Positions 17,978-26,691 of a stretch of 64,000 nucleotides of DNA are shown piece after piece. Position 1 is the stretch's first letter. Every line of letters begins with the position of its first letter. A program made the translations under genes and the position numbers. The DNA lies in contig JBMNNE010000001.1 of NCBI GenBank assembly GCA_050953805.1, positions 186,079-250,078 on the forward strand, read 5' to 3'. Origin of the DNA: Acholeplasmataceae bacterium (lineage in GTDB: Bacteria > Bacillota_I > Bacilli_A > Acholeplasmatales > Acholeplasmataceae). The notes under the pieces were generated by a model. That model made no database searches. It saw only the letters and a list, made by a program, of their open reading frames with translations, and was not told the DNA's origin.

Positions 17978-19966
17978 TCATTTCCCTATTTTTTTAACTA
18001 CCCTAAAGATAAATACTACTTCAGTAACGTGTCCCCAATCATCTTCAACACGTAGTAAGATTTTGTAATCGCCTAATTCATTAGTGTCTAGTGTTCTAAA
18101 TTCGTTTGGTGATCCAGGAACATAAACACGATGAGTAATGTTTCCATCTCGGTTATCATCGGCTCTAAATACTGGGAACATTTGTGGGTCCCATTTAGAA
18201 TATCTTTCGATTTCAATAACTCCAATATTACCTTCAAAAATAGTGAAAGTTGTTTGGAAAATAATTTCAGGTGCTTCTCTGTCTAAGTCTAACTCAGCAA
18301 AGATTGCTTCTGGAACTACAAGATCTTCACCAGCGGTATCATTAGCTAAAGTAAAGGCTTCAGCTTCAGCTGGATATTCAGCACCAGCAACTGGTTCAGT
18401 TTTCCACTTAACTAAATCTTGAAGAACGATGGTGTTTAATTCACCAATTTCTAGTTTACGGTTACCTTTAACATCTTCTTCATAAGGCCAATCTGGACCA
18501 TAAACATATTTGTATTCGAAAGATTGTTGTAATAAAGTCGCCTTAACTTCTAATCTCCAAACTCCATCTGTACCTTTTTGAAGTTTCCAGTTAGATCTTC
18601 CTGGTTTCCAGCCATTGATACTTCCTACAACATATACTGCCGGAGTTCCTTCTGGAGCGGTTACTTCAAATCTAATTGTTCTTTCTTGAAGTGGATGAGG
18701 TGATTTATATACGATGCGATAGTTTTTCTTATGATCTAGTTGAGAACCTAATGTTAAAATAAATTCACTAGCTTTATCCTTGCTTTCGTCGAAACCAACT
18801 TTTGTAACTGGTACTTTATTAGCTGTTTCTTCTCCGTCAACAACTTCAACAACACTAAATCTTTCTTTAATAGCATTTCTTATCGCTTCTTTTTCTGTAT
18901 CAGTAAAGCCACCAGTAGCAAAGTTAGTAACAATATTTAAGTTAAATTTAGTATGAACAATACTATTTCCATCATCATCTTTCTTAGCGAATGTTCCTTT
19001 TCCATCAGCATAACTACCTAAGTCAAATTTAAGAGTAAATGCTTCTTCACCAAATCCTGCTAAATTTTCACCAAAGAAAACATTTTCATTAGATGTATTG
19101 CCGCCGCCAGCATCCATAACAAACATTGGAGTAGCCGAACCTACTTGAACATCGTCAGCAAAAATTCCTAAATCAGGAACAGTCGCTTTTTTAAGGTCAC
19201 CAGTATATTTGCTGTCGTCACCACCAGCATAAACAATTAATCCAACATCATCGATTTTATCGGCAGTTTGACTTAATATCGCCCCTTTTACTGGAGTAGA
19301 CCCAATTACTGCCACATCTTTAAACAATTTGTTTGGTGCTGCCCATGCCGAAGCGTTGTGGTCTTCGATCCAACCCCATGAGTAGAAACCTAAATTTTCA
19401 TCATAACCGTTATTTGGGTCATAAAATAAAACTAATAGGTTAACTTTTGCTGGATCAGCAACTAAATAAGCAACTTCATTCTTTTCTGCATCAGCACCAA
19501 CGCCCTTTGAACCTTCAAAAACGTAAACATGATAAGTTGTACCAGCAGCAAATGATGAAATGTTAATTAAGATATCTGTCCCACCACTGGTTAATTTTTG
19601 ACCCCAATCCGGATCAATTGTACCTTTTTCATCATCAAAACTGTTTGCGACAACCGGAATGAAGCCAATGGTTGCCCCTTCAGCGGTCGTTGCCTCAACA
19701 TGATAAACGAAATAGATACCAAATTCATCAGTACCTGTTGGCTTAACGCTTCCGCCTTTCTTGACATATTCATTGCCAACTTTTACTAAAACATCTCCGC
19801 CCCATGTGTGACCTCCAACAAGTTCGTAATCATCGTCCCATTTATGGAAGTGAACTACTACTGTTGTTTCTTCAGCACCAGCTGCAGGTAAGGCCGCATG
19901 TACCATTAGCCCTCCAACAACTGCGGTTAGGAGTAGTAAAGTAATAAATGATAATAATCTCTTCAT
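17978..19966 (-). CDS. non-catalytic surface/secreted starch-binding protein (two CBM41-like modules, one CBM20-like module, C-terminal Ig-like domain)
   Basis: 662 aa with a signal peptide. VVVHFHKWDDDYELVGGHTWGG and LLVLFYDPNNGYDENLGFYSWGW resemble pullulanase N-terminal CBM41 modules. VYVVGSINGWKP..WRLEV..FEYKYVYG is CBM20-like. I found no GH13 catalytic regions. Confidence 0.65.
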   Translation of the reverse strand: MKRLLSFITLLLLTAVVGGLMVHAALPAAGAEETTVVVHFHKWDDDYELVGGHTWGGDVLVKVGNEYVKKGGSVKPTGTDEFGIYFVYHVEATTAEGATIGFIPVVANSFDDEKGTIDPDWGQKLTSGGTDILINISSFAAGTTYHVYVFEGSKGVGADAEKNEVAYLVADPAKVNLLVLFYDPNNGYDENLGFYSWGWIEDHNASAWAAPNKLFKDVAVIGSTPVKGAILSQTADKIDDVGLIVYAGGDDSKYTGDLKKATVPDLGIFADDVQVGSATPMFVMDAGGGNTSNENVFFGENLAGFGEEAFTLKFDLGSYADGKGTFAKKDDDGNSIVHTKFNLNIVTNFATGGFTDTEKEAIRNAIKERFSVVEVVDGEETANKVPVTKVGFDESKDKASEFILTLGSQLDHKKNYRIVYKSPHPLQERTIRFEVTAPEGTPAVYVVGSINGWKPGRSNWKLQKGTDGVWRLEVKATLLQQSFEYKYVYGPDWPYEEDVKGNRKLEIGELNTIVLQDLVKWKTEPVAGAEYPAEAEAFTLANDTAGEDLVVPEAIFAELDLDREAPEIIFQTTFTIFEGNIGVIEIERYSKWDPQMFPVFRADDNRDGNITHRVYVPGSPNEFRTLDTNELGDYKILLRVEDDWGHVTEVVFIFRVVKKIGK

Positions 19967-20045
19967 ATCTTTTTATTTCCTCCTTTGATATGTTTTAATT
20001 ATATTAATCATACCTACCTACATTATATACAAAATAACCTCAAAA

Positions 20046-20059
20046 TGTAAGCGGTTACT
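20046..20059. promoter_or_regulatory. LacI/cre-type operator 1 in the divergent promoter region
   Basis: TGTAAGCGGTTACT fits the TGnAAnCGnTnnCA half-palindrome pattern of LacI-family and cre sites. It abuts the -35 region of the minus-strand sbp-malEFG promoter (TATAAT about 16 nt further on). Confidence 0.55.
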
Positions 20060-20071
20060 CTTTTTTTGTTT

Positions 20072-20085
20072 TGAAACCGCTTGCA
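20072..20085. promoter_or_regulatory. LacI/cre-type operator 2 in the divergent promoter region
   Basis: TGAAACCGCTTGCA, centred 26 bp from operator 1, upstream of the extracellular pullulanase gene. Confidence 0.55.
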
Positions 20086-20151
20086 AGATTTGATTAGTTA
20101 GATTATTATCATCATATTATGATATGATATCTACGAAAGTGAGGAATGTAT

Positions 20152-23007
20152 ATGAAGAGAATCTTATCTTTTTTATCGATATTTATGTTGCTTTTGTTGA
20201 CATCAATAACCGTTGGTGCCAGCAACAAATTAAATACATTAGTCGTCAATTATTATCGCTATTTTGACCATGATGCTTTACACACCGCTTGGATTTGGCA
20301 ATATGCCCCAAATGGTGGTGACGGTGTTAAAGATCATGAATTTCAAAAAAGTACTGATCCTGAATCTAGATGGTTAACTTTGGAAGTCGATTTAAAAAAT
20401 GACACTAGATATCAAGGAAGTACTGCTGTTGGTATTATTATTAAAAGAGGAACTGGTTGGAGTGGTGCTAGAGAACCAGGCGGAGATCGAATTATTGACT
20501 TAAGTAAAGTTAGTGTATCTAATGGAGTCGGTAATGTTTACTTTGTTCAAGAAGATGTCAATATCTATTATTCAATTAGTGAAGCTGATACTTCTGATAA
20601 AGTTTTAGATGCCGCTTTTGATGCTAATAATAAAATCAATATTTATGCAACCTTACCTCCAACTAAAACTTTAGTTTATTCTAACGGTGTGAAAGTTCAA
20701 GAGTTTGGTGCCCAAACAACTTACCACTATACAATTACCCTTGATCAATTTGATATCAACAAACAATATGAAATAGAACTTCATTTTGGTAATAAAGTTA
20801 GTGCTCGCTATGGTGTTTCTCTACGAAACCTTTATAGTACTACAATCTTTGAAGATGCCTTTCATTATGATGGTGATTTAGGTGTAATTTATAGTAAAGA
20901 AAAATCAATTTTTAGATTGTGGTCACCAATTAGCGAACAAGCAAATCTACTTCTTTATCATCAAGGCCACCCTGAATTTGATCGTAACGGAAAAGCTAAT
21001 GTCGAAAAAGATCCTTATGAAAGACTACAAATGACTAATATTGGTAAAGGAACTTGGGAAGTCGAAGTTAATGGTGATTTAGCTGGTAAATATTATACTT
21101 TTGAAGTTGCCTACAATAATCAAACTCATGAATTTGTCGACCCATATGCTTATTCAACTGGAGCTAACGGATTAAGGGCTCAAGTAGTTGATTTTTCAAA
21201 AACTAATCCTAAAAAATGGTCATATAATTCACGACCAAATACGATTACCAATATGACTGATTATATTTTATACGAACTACATGTTAGAGACTTAACAACC
21301 CACTCAAGCTGGGGCGGCAACCCTGATCATGCCGGAACTTTCTTAGGAGTAGCTGAAAGTGGTACTTCTTATACTGATGATAATGGATTGACCGTTACTA
21401 CCGGACTTGATCATTTAGCTGAACTAGGAATTAATGCGGTTCACTTCTTACCAATCTTTGATTTCGGTTATATTGATGAAACAAAAATTGATGATGAAAA
21501 TTATATGAGTGTCCACGGTTTTAACTGGGGGTACATGCCATATAATTTTAATACTCCTGAAGGTTCATACTCAACCAATCCATTTGATGGATATGTTCGA
21601 GTTAAAGAATTAAAAGAAATGATTCAAGCCCTTCATAATAAAAATATTAGAGTGGTCATGGATGTTGTCTATAACCACACTGGAGAAACTGCTGGTTCAC
21701 AATTTGAAAAATCTATGCCAGGTTACTATTTCAGACAAAATGCTGATGGCAGTTATTCTAATGGTAGTGGAACTGGTAATGAAACCGCTAGTGAAAGGTC
21801 AATGTTTAGAAAATATATGGTTGATTCAGTTAAATTCTGGGCTACCGAATACAATATTTCTGGTTTCCGATTTGACTTAATGGCTCTTCATGATGTTGAA
21901 ACAATGAATCAAATTAGACAGGCTGTTAACAAAATCGATCCAACCATTATTTTATACGGTGAACCATGGATGGGTGGCGATTCTCCACTTGATGAAAAAA
22001 TAAGAGTAGATAAAAACAACATGTCAAAAGTTAGTGACAATATTGCCTCATTTAATGATAATACTCGTAACGCCATTAAGTGGGATTGGAATAAAGGAAT
22101 TACTGAACTTAATGTGTTAAATTCGATAAGATATGGTATCGCCGGTGGCGTTATGTTAGATTATGCTAACGCTCAAGACAATGTTGCTTCTTTCCATCAC
22201 GAACCACACAAAATTATTAATTATGTTTCGGCTCACGATGATGAAACCTTAAGGGATTTTAACTACATCAAAAATACTAACGATGATGAAACCTTAGAAT
22301 TACTCCAAAAACAATCCAATACTTTTATCTTAACCTCACAAGGAATTCCTTTCCTACACGCTGGTGTTGACTTTATGAGATCAAAACCAGTTACTGAGGC
22401 TGATGGTGCCACTAGTGATAACCGAGTTGTCAAAGGTACATCAGGAAACTCATATAATTTACCTGATACTGTCAATCAATTAAACTGGGAAAATAAAGCA
22501 AAATACTATGATGTCTATAATTACTATCGCCATTTAATTGCCTTTAGAAGAATTATGCCAAGTTTAAGATTAAATTCGCCTGAAGCAATTAAACAAAGGT
22601 TAGAATTTATTGATCCTGAAAATAATAAACAATTAATGTATCGCATTAAAGGTGATGACAATACCCCCGATATCGTTGTCGTTCACACTAACAAATCATT
22701 CGGTAGTTTTACCACCGATAAAGATTATATTAGAATTACTAACAATATGGCTCAAGCTGATGCTCACGGATTTATGAAAGTTCCCAAAGGCACTAAATTA
22801 AGTTTAATTGAATTTAGCTCACTAATTTTAGTTGAAGACAATGGTAAATTTAACTACAACCCTGGAGCTCAACCTTATAATTTCTCAACTCCAAGAAGCG
22901 CTTCAAGAAATGTTGGTCTAATTTTAGGAATTACCATTCCAATTGTTGTCTTAGCTATTGCTGGAATTGTTGTTTTAATTACAATTAAAAAACGAAAATC
23001 GTTATAA
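20152..23007 (+). CDS. pulA: extracellular type I pullulanase with N-terminal CBM41-like module and C-terminal membrane anchor
   Basis: Signal peptide, then VVNYYRYFDHDALHTAWIWQY (CBM41-like). FNWGYMPYNF motif. GH13 regions DVVYNHTG, SGFRFDLMA, YGEPWMGG, YVSAHDDE. C-terminal TM plus KKRKSL. ATG 20152 is preferred over 20146 because of spacing to RBS GAGG. Confidence 0.85.
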   Translation: MKRILSFLSIFMLLLLTSITVGASNKLNTLVVNYYRYFDHDALHTAWIWQYAPNGGDGVKDHEFQKSTDPESRWLTLEVDLKNDTRYQGSTAVGIIIKRGTGWSGAREPGGDRIIDLSKVSVSNGVGNVYFVQEDVNIYYSISEADTSDKVLDAAFDANNKINIYATLPPTKTLVYSNGVKVQEFGAQTTYHYTITLDQFDINKQYEIELHFGNKVSARYGVSLRNLYSTTIFEDAFHYDGDLGVIYSKEKSIFRLWSPISEQANLLLYHQGHPEFDRNGKANVEKDPYERLQMTNIGKGTWEVEVNGDLAGKYYTFEVAYNNQTHEFVDPYAYSTGANGLRAQVVDFSKTNPKKWSYNSRPNTITNMTDYILYELHVRDLTTHSSWGGNPDHAGTFLGVAESGTSYTDDNGLTVTTGLDHLAELGINAVHFLPIFDFGYIDETKIDDENYMSVHGFNWGYMPYNFNTPEGSYSTNPFDGYVRVKELKEMIQALHNKNIRVVMDVVYNHTGETAGSQFEKSMPGYYFRQNADGSYSNGSGTGNETASERSMFRKYMVDSVKFWATEYNISGFRFDLMALHDVETMNQIRQAVNKIDPTIILYGEPWMGGDSPLDEKIRVDKNNMSKVSDNIASFNDNTRNAIKWDWNKGITELNVLNSIRYGIAGGVMLDYANAQDNVASFHHEPHKIINYVSAHDDETLRDFNYIKNTNDDETLELLQKQSNTFILTSQGIPFLHAGVDFMRSKPVTEADGATSDNRVVKGTSGNSYNLPDTVNQLNWENKAKYYDVYNYYRHLIAFRRIMPSLRLNSPEAIKQRLEFIDPENNKQLMYRIKGDDNTPDIVVVHTNKSFGSFTTDKDYIRITNNMAQADAHGFMKVPKGTKLSLIEFSSLILVEDNGKFNYNPGAQPYNFSTPRSASRNVGLILGITIPIVVLAIAGIVVLITIKKRKSL

Positions 23008-23031
23008 AAAAAGGACCTATGTCCTTTTTTT
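23005..23031. terminator. bidirectional terminator between convergent genes
   Basis: AAAAAA-AAGGAC-ctat-GTCCTT-TTTTT. Confidence 0.7.
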
Positions 23032-23872
23032 AAGCACTAAACTCACTTTTTCCATATTTCAACATTACAATCATCAAGATAATTCCAATACCAAATTGAA
23101 CGATAACTGGGGTTAATGCATGAGTGAAAAATCCAATGATAAATGATATAATCGAAGGAATTGTCATTGAGGCAACGACAATTTTCATACCATCAAAGTA
23201 ACTCATATAATTAACATAACCAAATCTAAATAGTTGTAGTAACCCAGATAAAACGAAAATTAAGATAATATACAACAAGATTTGAACTGAAGAATAAACT
23301 AAAATGGCATAAAAAGCATTTTGACGATCAAAACTTTTTTCAATAGAAATAGCCAACTTAGATAGAGCTTGATTTTTTTCTCGATGATTACTAATATTAT
23401 TAATATCTTCAAAGTTTACTTCTTCAGTAAACCCGTGATAATTTCCTTCTAAAATAGATTTCCCATCGCCTTTAACATAATAAATTTTTTTATTAGTAAA
23501 AATTAATTGACGAATTTCTTTATCAATCGTTAATCCTTCTTCACTAATTAAGAAGCGATAAGTAATATCGCCATTTACTGAATCTTTATAGACTACCGAA
23601 GCTGACTGACCAGAAGAACTATTAACTCCAGTTAACGGATGAATAGTAATGTCATTAGGTAATTTTTTGCCAACATTTTCTACTGACAAAAAATTATTCT
23701 CAACAAATCCTAATCTCCAGCCACCTTCTCGCAAGTTAGTATAATTAAATGAAAATAAGCTCACAAATGAGATTAAAATAAAGTAGATAATAAATTTCCA
23801 AAATGCGACAAATCTTAATTTTAGAATTCGATTTAAGAAAAAGCTGTCACGAAATATTCTAACTAAAAACAT
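23030..23872 (-). CDS. polytopic membrane protein, DUF1189 / MalA(YvdJ)-like maltodextrin-locus protein
   Basis: 280 aa. One N-terminal TM, an extracellular segment, and C-terminal TM helices. The layout and the position in a maltodextrin operon match DUF1189 proteins, recalled from the B. subtilis yvdJ and streptococcal malA contexts. Confidence 0.5.
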   Translation of the reverse strand: MFLVRIFRDSFFLNRILKLRFVAFWKFIIYFILISFVSLFSFNYTNLREGGWRLGFVENNFLSVENVGKKLPNDITIHPLTGVNSSSGQSASVVYKDSVNGDITYRFLISEEGLTIDKEIRQLIFTNKKIYYVKGDGKSILEGNYHGFTEEVNFEDINNISNHREKNQALSKLAISIEKSFDRQNAFYAILVYSSVQILLYIILIFVLSGLLQLFRFGYVNYMSYFDGMKIVVASMTIPSIISFIIGFFTHALTPVIVQFGIGIILMIVMLKYGKSEFSA

Positions 23873-23874
23873 CT

Positions 23875-25407
23875 TTATAAAGCCTTATCCACCGAACTAA
23901 TTTCACCAATATAAGTTCCCATTGGTGGAATTAATTGAGTTCCATATATATCTTTAATTACATCGAAATTAACTTCTTTTTCATTTGATGTTAAATTATG
24001 AATAATTAATAAAATTTGAGTATGTCCATCAATATTAACTTGTCTAATAAAAGCGACAGCACTACTAATTCCATCAACTCTTATAAAACTATTACCATAC
24101 ATTAAAGCTGGGTTTTCTCTTCTAACTTTAATCATTTCTACATAATGATTATATAGTGAATTCGGATTATTCTTTTGTTGAGACAGTCTTTCAACACTAT
24201 CGTTTCCATCAATTAATGGAAACCAATTTGTTAAAGCGGAATCATCTAGATCCCATAAAAATGGTTGTCTTCTTGGTTCGTCATAAGTCGTAATTGGTTT
24301 GCCATTATCATCAACATATCCAGGGACCGTTCCACCTTCAATTCGTCTTCCCTTCATTCCTAATTCTTCTCCGTAATATATATATGGATTACCTGGTAAA
24401 GTTAAAAGAATACTTGAGGCTAGTTTTTGATTAGTTAAATTAGGCTGCATTGAGGCGAAACGATTCATATCGTGATTAGTTATGAATGGAGCGTCAATAA
24501 ACTTAGGATTAAACTCCGATAATTCACTATATATTCTTTGTAAAGATAATTGAAGACGCGAATATTCACCAGTTTGAAAATACTGAGAAATAACGAAATT
24601 AAACATACTATCCGCTCCAAGATAATAATCTTCATTCATATTAGTGCTATATTCGAAGTTTTCTCCAACAAAATAAACATCTGGATAATCAGCAATTAAC
24701 GCTTGTTTGAAGGTTCTAAGTAATTTTCCTCCTTCATAATTAGGGTTTTTGACATAATTAGGATCATATGGTTTGGAGAAAAAATGTTTAACCGCATCAA
24801 ATCTAAATCCAGCAACACCTTTTTCTAAATAAAATCTTAAAACGTTAGTTAACTCGGTAATTACCTTTTCACTTTTTAAATTTAAATCTCTTGATGAAGG
24901 AAAAGTTTCAAAAGCTGCAGTTCCCTCTTTGGCATTTGTTGGCCAAATAAAAAAATCACGATATTCACTATCTAAATTGTTTAAAGCATCTAAATACCAA
25001 ACATTATTATCAGCAGCATGATTAAATACGGTATCCATAATAATTTTAATATTACGCTTCTTCGCTTCATCAACTAAATGTTCAAAGTCAGCCATCGTTC
25101 CAAATTCAGGATTGATTTGATAATAATCGGAAATTTCATAACCATGATATGAAATAGTAGGATGAATGGGTGATAACCATAAAGCGGTAACTCCTAAATT
25201 AGTAAAATAATCTAATTTATTAACAATCCCATTTAAATCACCAACACCATCATCATTACTATCGGCAAAACTACGAACAAAGATTTGATAATAAATATCA
25301 TTTTTCGGAAATTCTTCAGCATATTGATCAAGAATTGTCTTTTTCTTACAACCAACAATTCCAAAAGCCAATAAAATAATTGATAAAAATAATATAATTC
25401 GTTTCAT
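23875..25407 (-). CDS. surface lipoprotein GH13 alpha-amylase
   Basis: 510 aa. Lipobox FGIVGCKKK. GH13 regions DTVFNHAA, AGFRFDAVKH, FVGENFE, FITNHDMNR. Confidence 0.85.
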   Translation of the reverse strand: MKRIILFLSIILLAFGIVGCKKKTILDQYAEEFPKNDIYYQIFVRSFADSNDDGVGDLNGIVNKLDYFTNLGVTALWLSPIHPTISYHGYEISDYYQINPEFGTMADFEHLVDEAKKRNIKIIMDTVFNHAADNNVWYLDALNNLDSEYRDFFIWPTNAKEGTAAFETFPSSRDLNLKSEKVITELTNVLRFYLEKGVAGFRFDAVKHFFSKPYDPNYVKNPNYEGGKLLRTFKQALIADYPDVYFVGENFEYSTNMNEDYYLGADSMFNFVISQYFQTGEYSRLQLSLQRIYSELSEFNPKFIDAPFITNHDMNRFASMQPNLTNQKLASSILLTLPGNPYIYYGEELGMKGRRIEGGTVPGYVDDNGKPITTYDEPRRQPFLWDLDDSALTNWFPLIDGNDSVERLSQQKNNPNSLYNHYVEMIKVRRENPALMYGNSFIRVDGISSAVAFIRQVNIDGHTQILLIIHNLTSNEKEVNFDVIKDIYGTQLIPPMGTYIGEISSVDKAL

Positions 25408-25408
25408 C

Positions 25409-25867
25409 TTACAATCCTCGTTTCCTCATTGATTCCGTTTTATTAAATCCATCATCGCCACGATCTCTTACTGGTGGATCGATATCGATAATTCGAGTTC
25501 TAAAAATATAATCATGGGGCAATCTATTTTCTCTTTTGTCACTAATAAAAAAGAATGTAACTATAAAATAAATTCCAAAAGTAAGAATCCCTAAGGCTAA
25601 CATAAAAAATTGCCTTAATAAAACCCGCCACAACCTAGCATCAACGCCACTTACATCAACAACTTTAATTTTTTCGACTCGTTTACCAAAGGTTTGTCCT
25701 TTAGAAATAAAATAAGGCAAAAAGTAAAATCCAAAAAATGCCCCCAGAATTAAGACCATTCTTAAATATGGTGGTTCACTTAATGGAATACTAAGTAAAA
25801 CGACCACCATCACACCTGATGTATCAATTGCGAAAGATTTAATTATTTTTTCAAAAGATGGAACCAA
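25409..25867 (-). CDS. RDD-family membrane protein
   Basis: 152 aa, 3 TM. GQTFGKR..(TM)..RLPHDYIFRTRIID matches the RDD-domain pattern. TTG start with RBS AAGAGGTAAG. Confidence 0.6.
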   Translation of the reverse strand: MVPSFEKIIKSFAIDTSGVMVVVLLSIPLSEPPYLRMVLILGAFFGFYFLPYFISKGQTFGKRVEKIKVVDVSGVDARLWRVLLRQFFMLALGILTFGIYFIVTFFFISDKRENRLPHDYIFRTRIIDIDPPVRDRGDDGFNKTESMRKRGL

Positions 25868-25926
25868 TCTCTTACCTCTTTTCTTACATCTTTAATTATA
25901 ACACAAGAAAATATTACACTATGTTA

Positions 25927-26691
25927 TTAAACGATAACACCGACATGTTCTAAGTATTTTTTAAAGACTAAATTAATATCTTCATTAATTTGTAAACCTT
26001 CATAAAAAGGTATTTTTGACTTATTAATAATAACGAGGTTATGGCCGCGAAAGTAGTTTATTAAGCCACTTGCCGGATATACCGTTAATGAAGTTCCACC
26101 AACAATTAATAAATCAGCTTGACTCACTTCTTTAATCGAATCCATTAAAGTTTGATGATCAAGTGGCTCTTCATATAAGACGACATCAGGCTTAATTAAT
26201 TCCCCATCTTCAGCATACGGAATTCCATCAACTCGATTATTTAAAATATAATCTAACGAATAAAATCGATTTGTTTTAACGGTATAATTACGATGAACTG
26301 AACCATGCAATTCTAATACTTTTTTACTACCCGCTAATTGATGTAAGCCATCAATATTTTGAGTAATAACGGAAGTTAGTTTTCCTTTTTCTTCTAAATA
26401 AGCTAACGCTTTATGGCAGTAATTCGGCAACACATCTAAATATATCATTTTATCAAAATAAAATTCATAAAACTCTTTCGTTTTTTGCATGAAAAAACTA
26501 TGAGATAAAATCGTCTCTGGACGATAAGCATATTTTAAATGATACAAACCATCAGTACTTCTAAAATCAGGAATCCCTGAAGCTGTGGAAACTCCCGCTC
26601 CACCAAAAAATACGATCTTATTACTTTGATCAATTAATTCAAATAAACGTTCTAGTTTGATAACGATCACCCCTTGATAATATTGGGTCAA
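25927..26691 (-). CDS. cobB: NAD-dependent protein deacylase (Sir2 family)
   Basis: 254 aa. GAGVSTASGIPDFRS, QNIDGLH, LELHGS. The annotated ATG overlaps the upstream gene by 53 nt, so the true start may be an internal GTG or ATC after RBS AAGGGGTGA. Confidence 0.85.
   Translation of the reverse strand: MTQYYQGVIVIKLERLFELIDQSNKIVFFGGAGVSTASGIPDFRSTDGLYHLKYAYRPETILSHSFFMQKTKEFYEFYFDKMIYLDVLPNYCHKALAYLEEKGKLTSVITQNIDGLHQLAGSKKVLELHGSVHRNYTVKTNRFYSLDYILNNRVDGIPYAEDGELIKPDVVLYEEPLDHQTLMDSIKEVSQADLLIVGGTSLTVYPASGLINYFRGHNLVIINKSKIPFYEGLQINEDINLVFKKYLEHVGVIV

Noticed and set aside
26639-26691. The 53-nt overlap between the 5'-nucleotidase and Sir2 ORFs as evidence of a frameshift or fusion.
   Set aside because: The two proteins are complete in their own frames. 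The overlap is more simply explained by an over-extended Sir2 start call.
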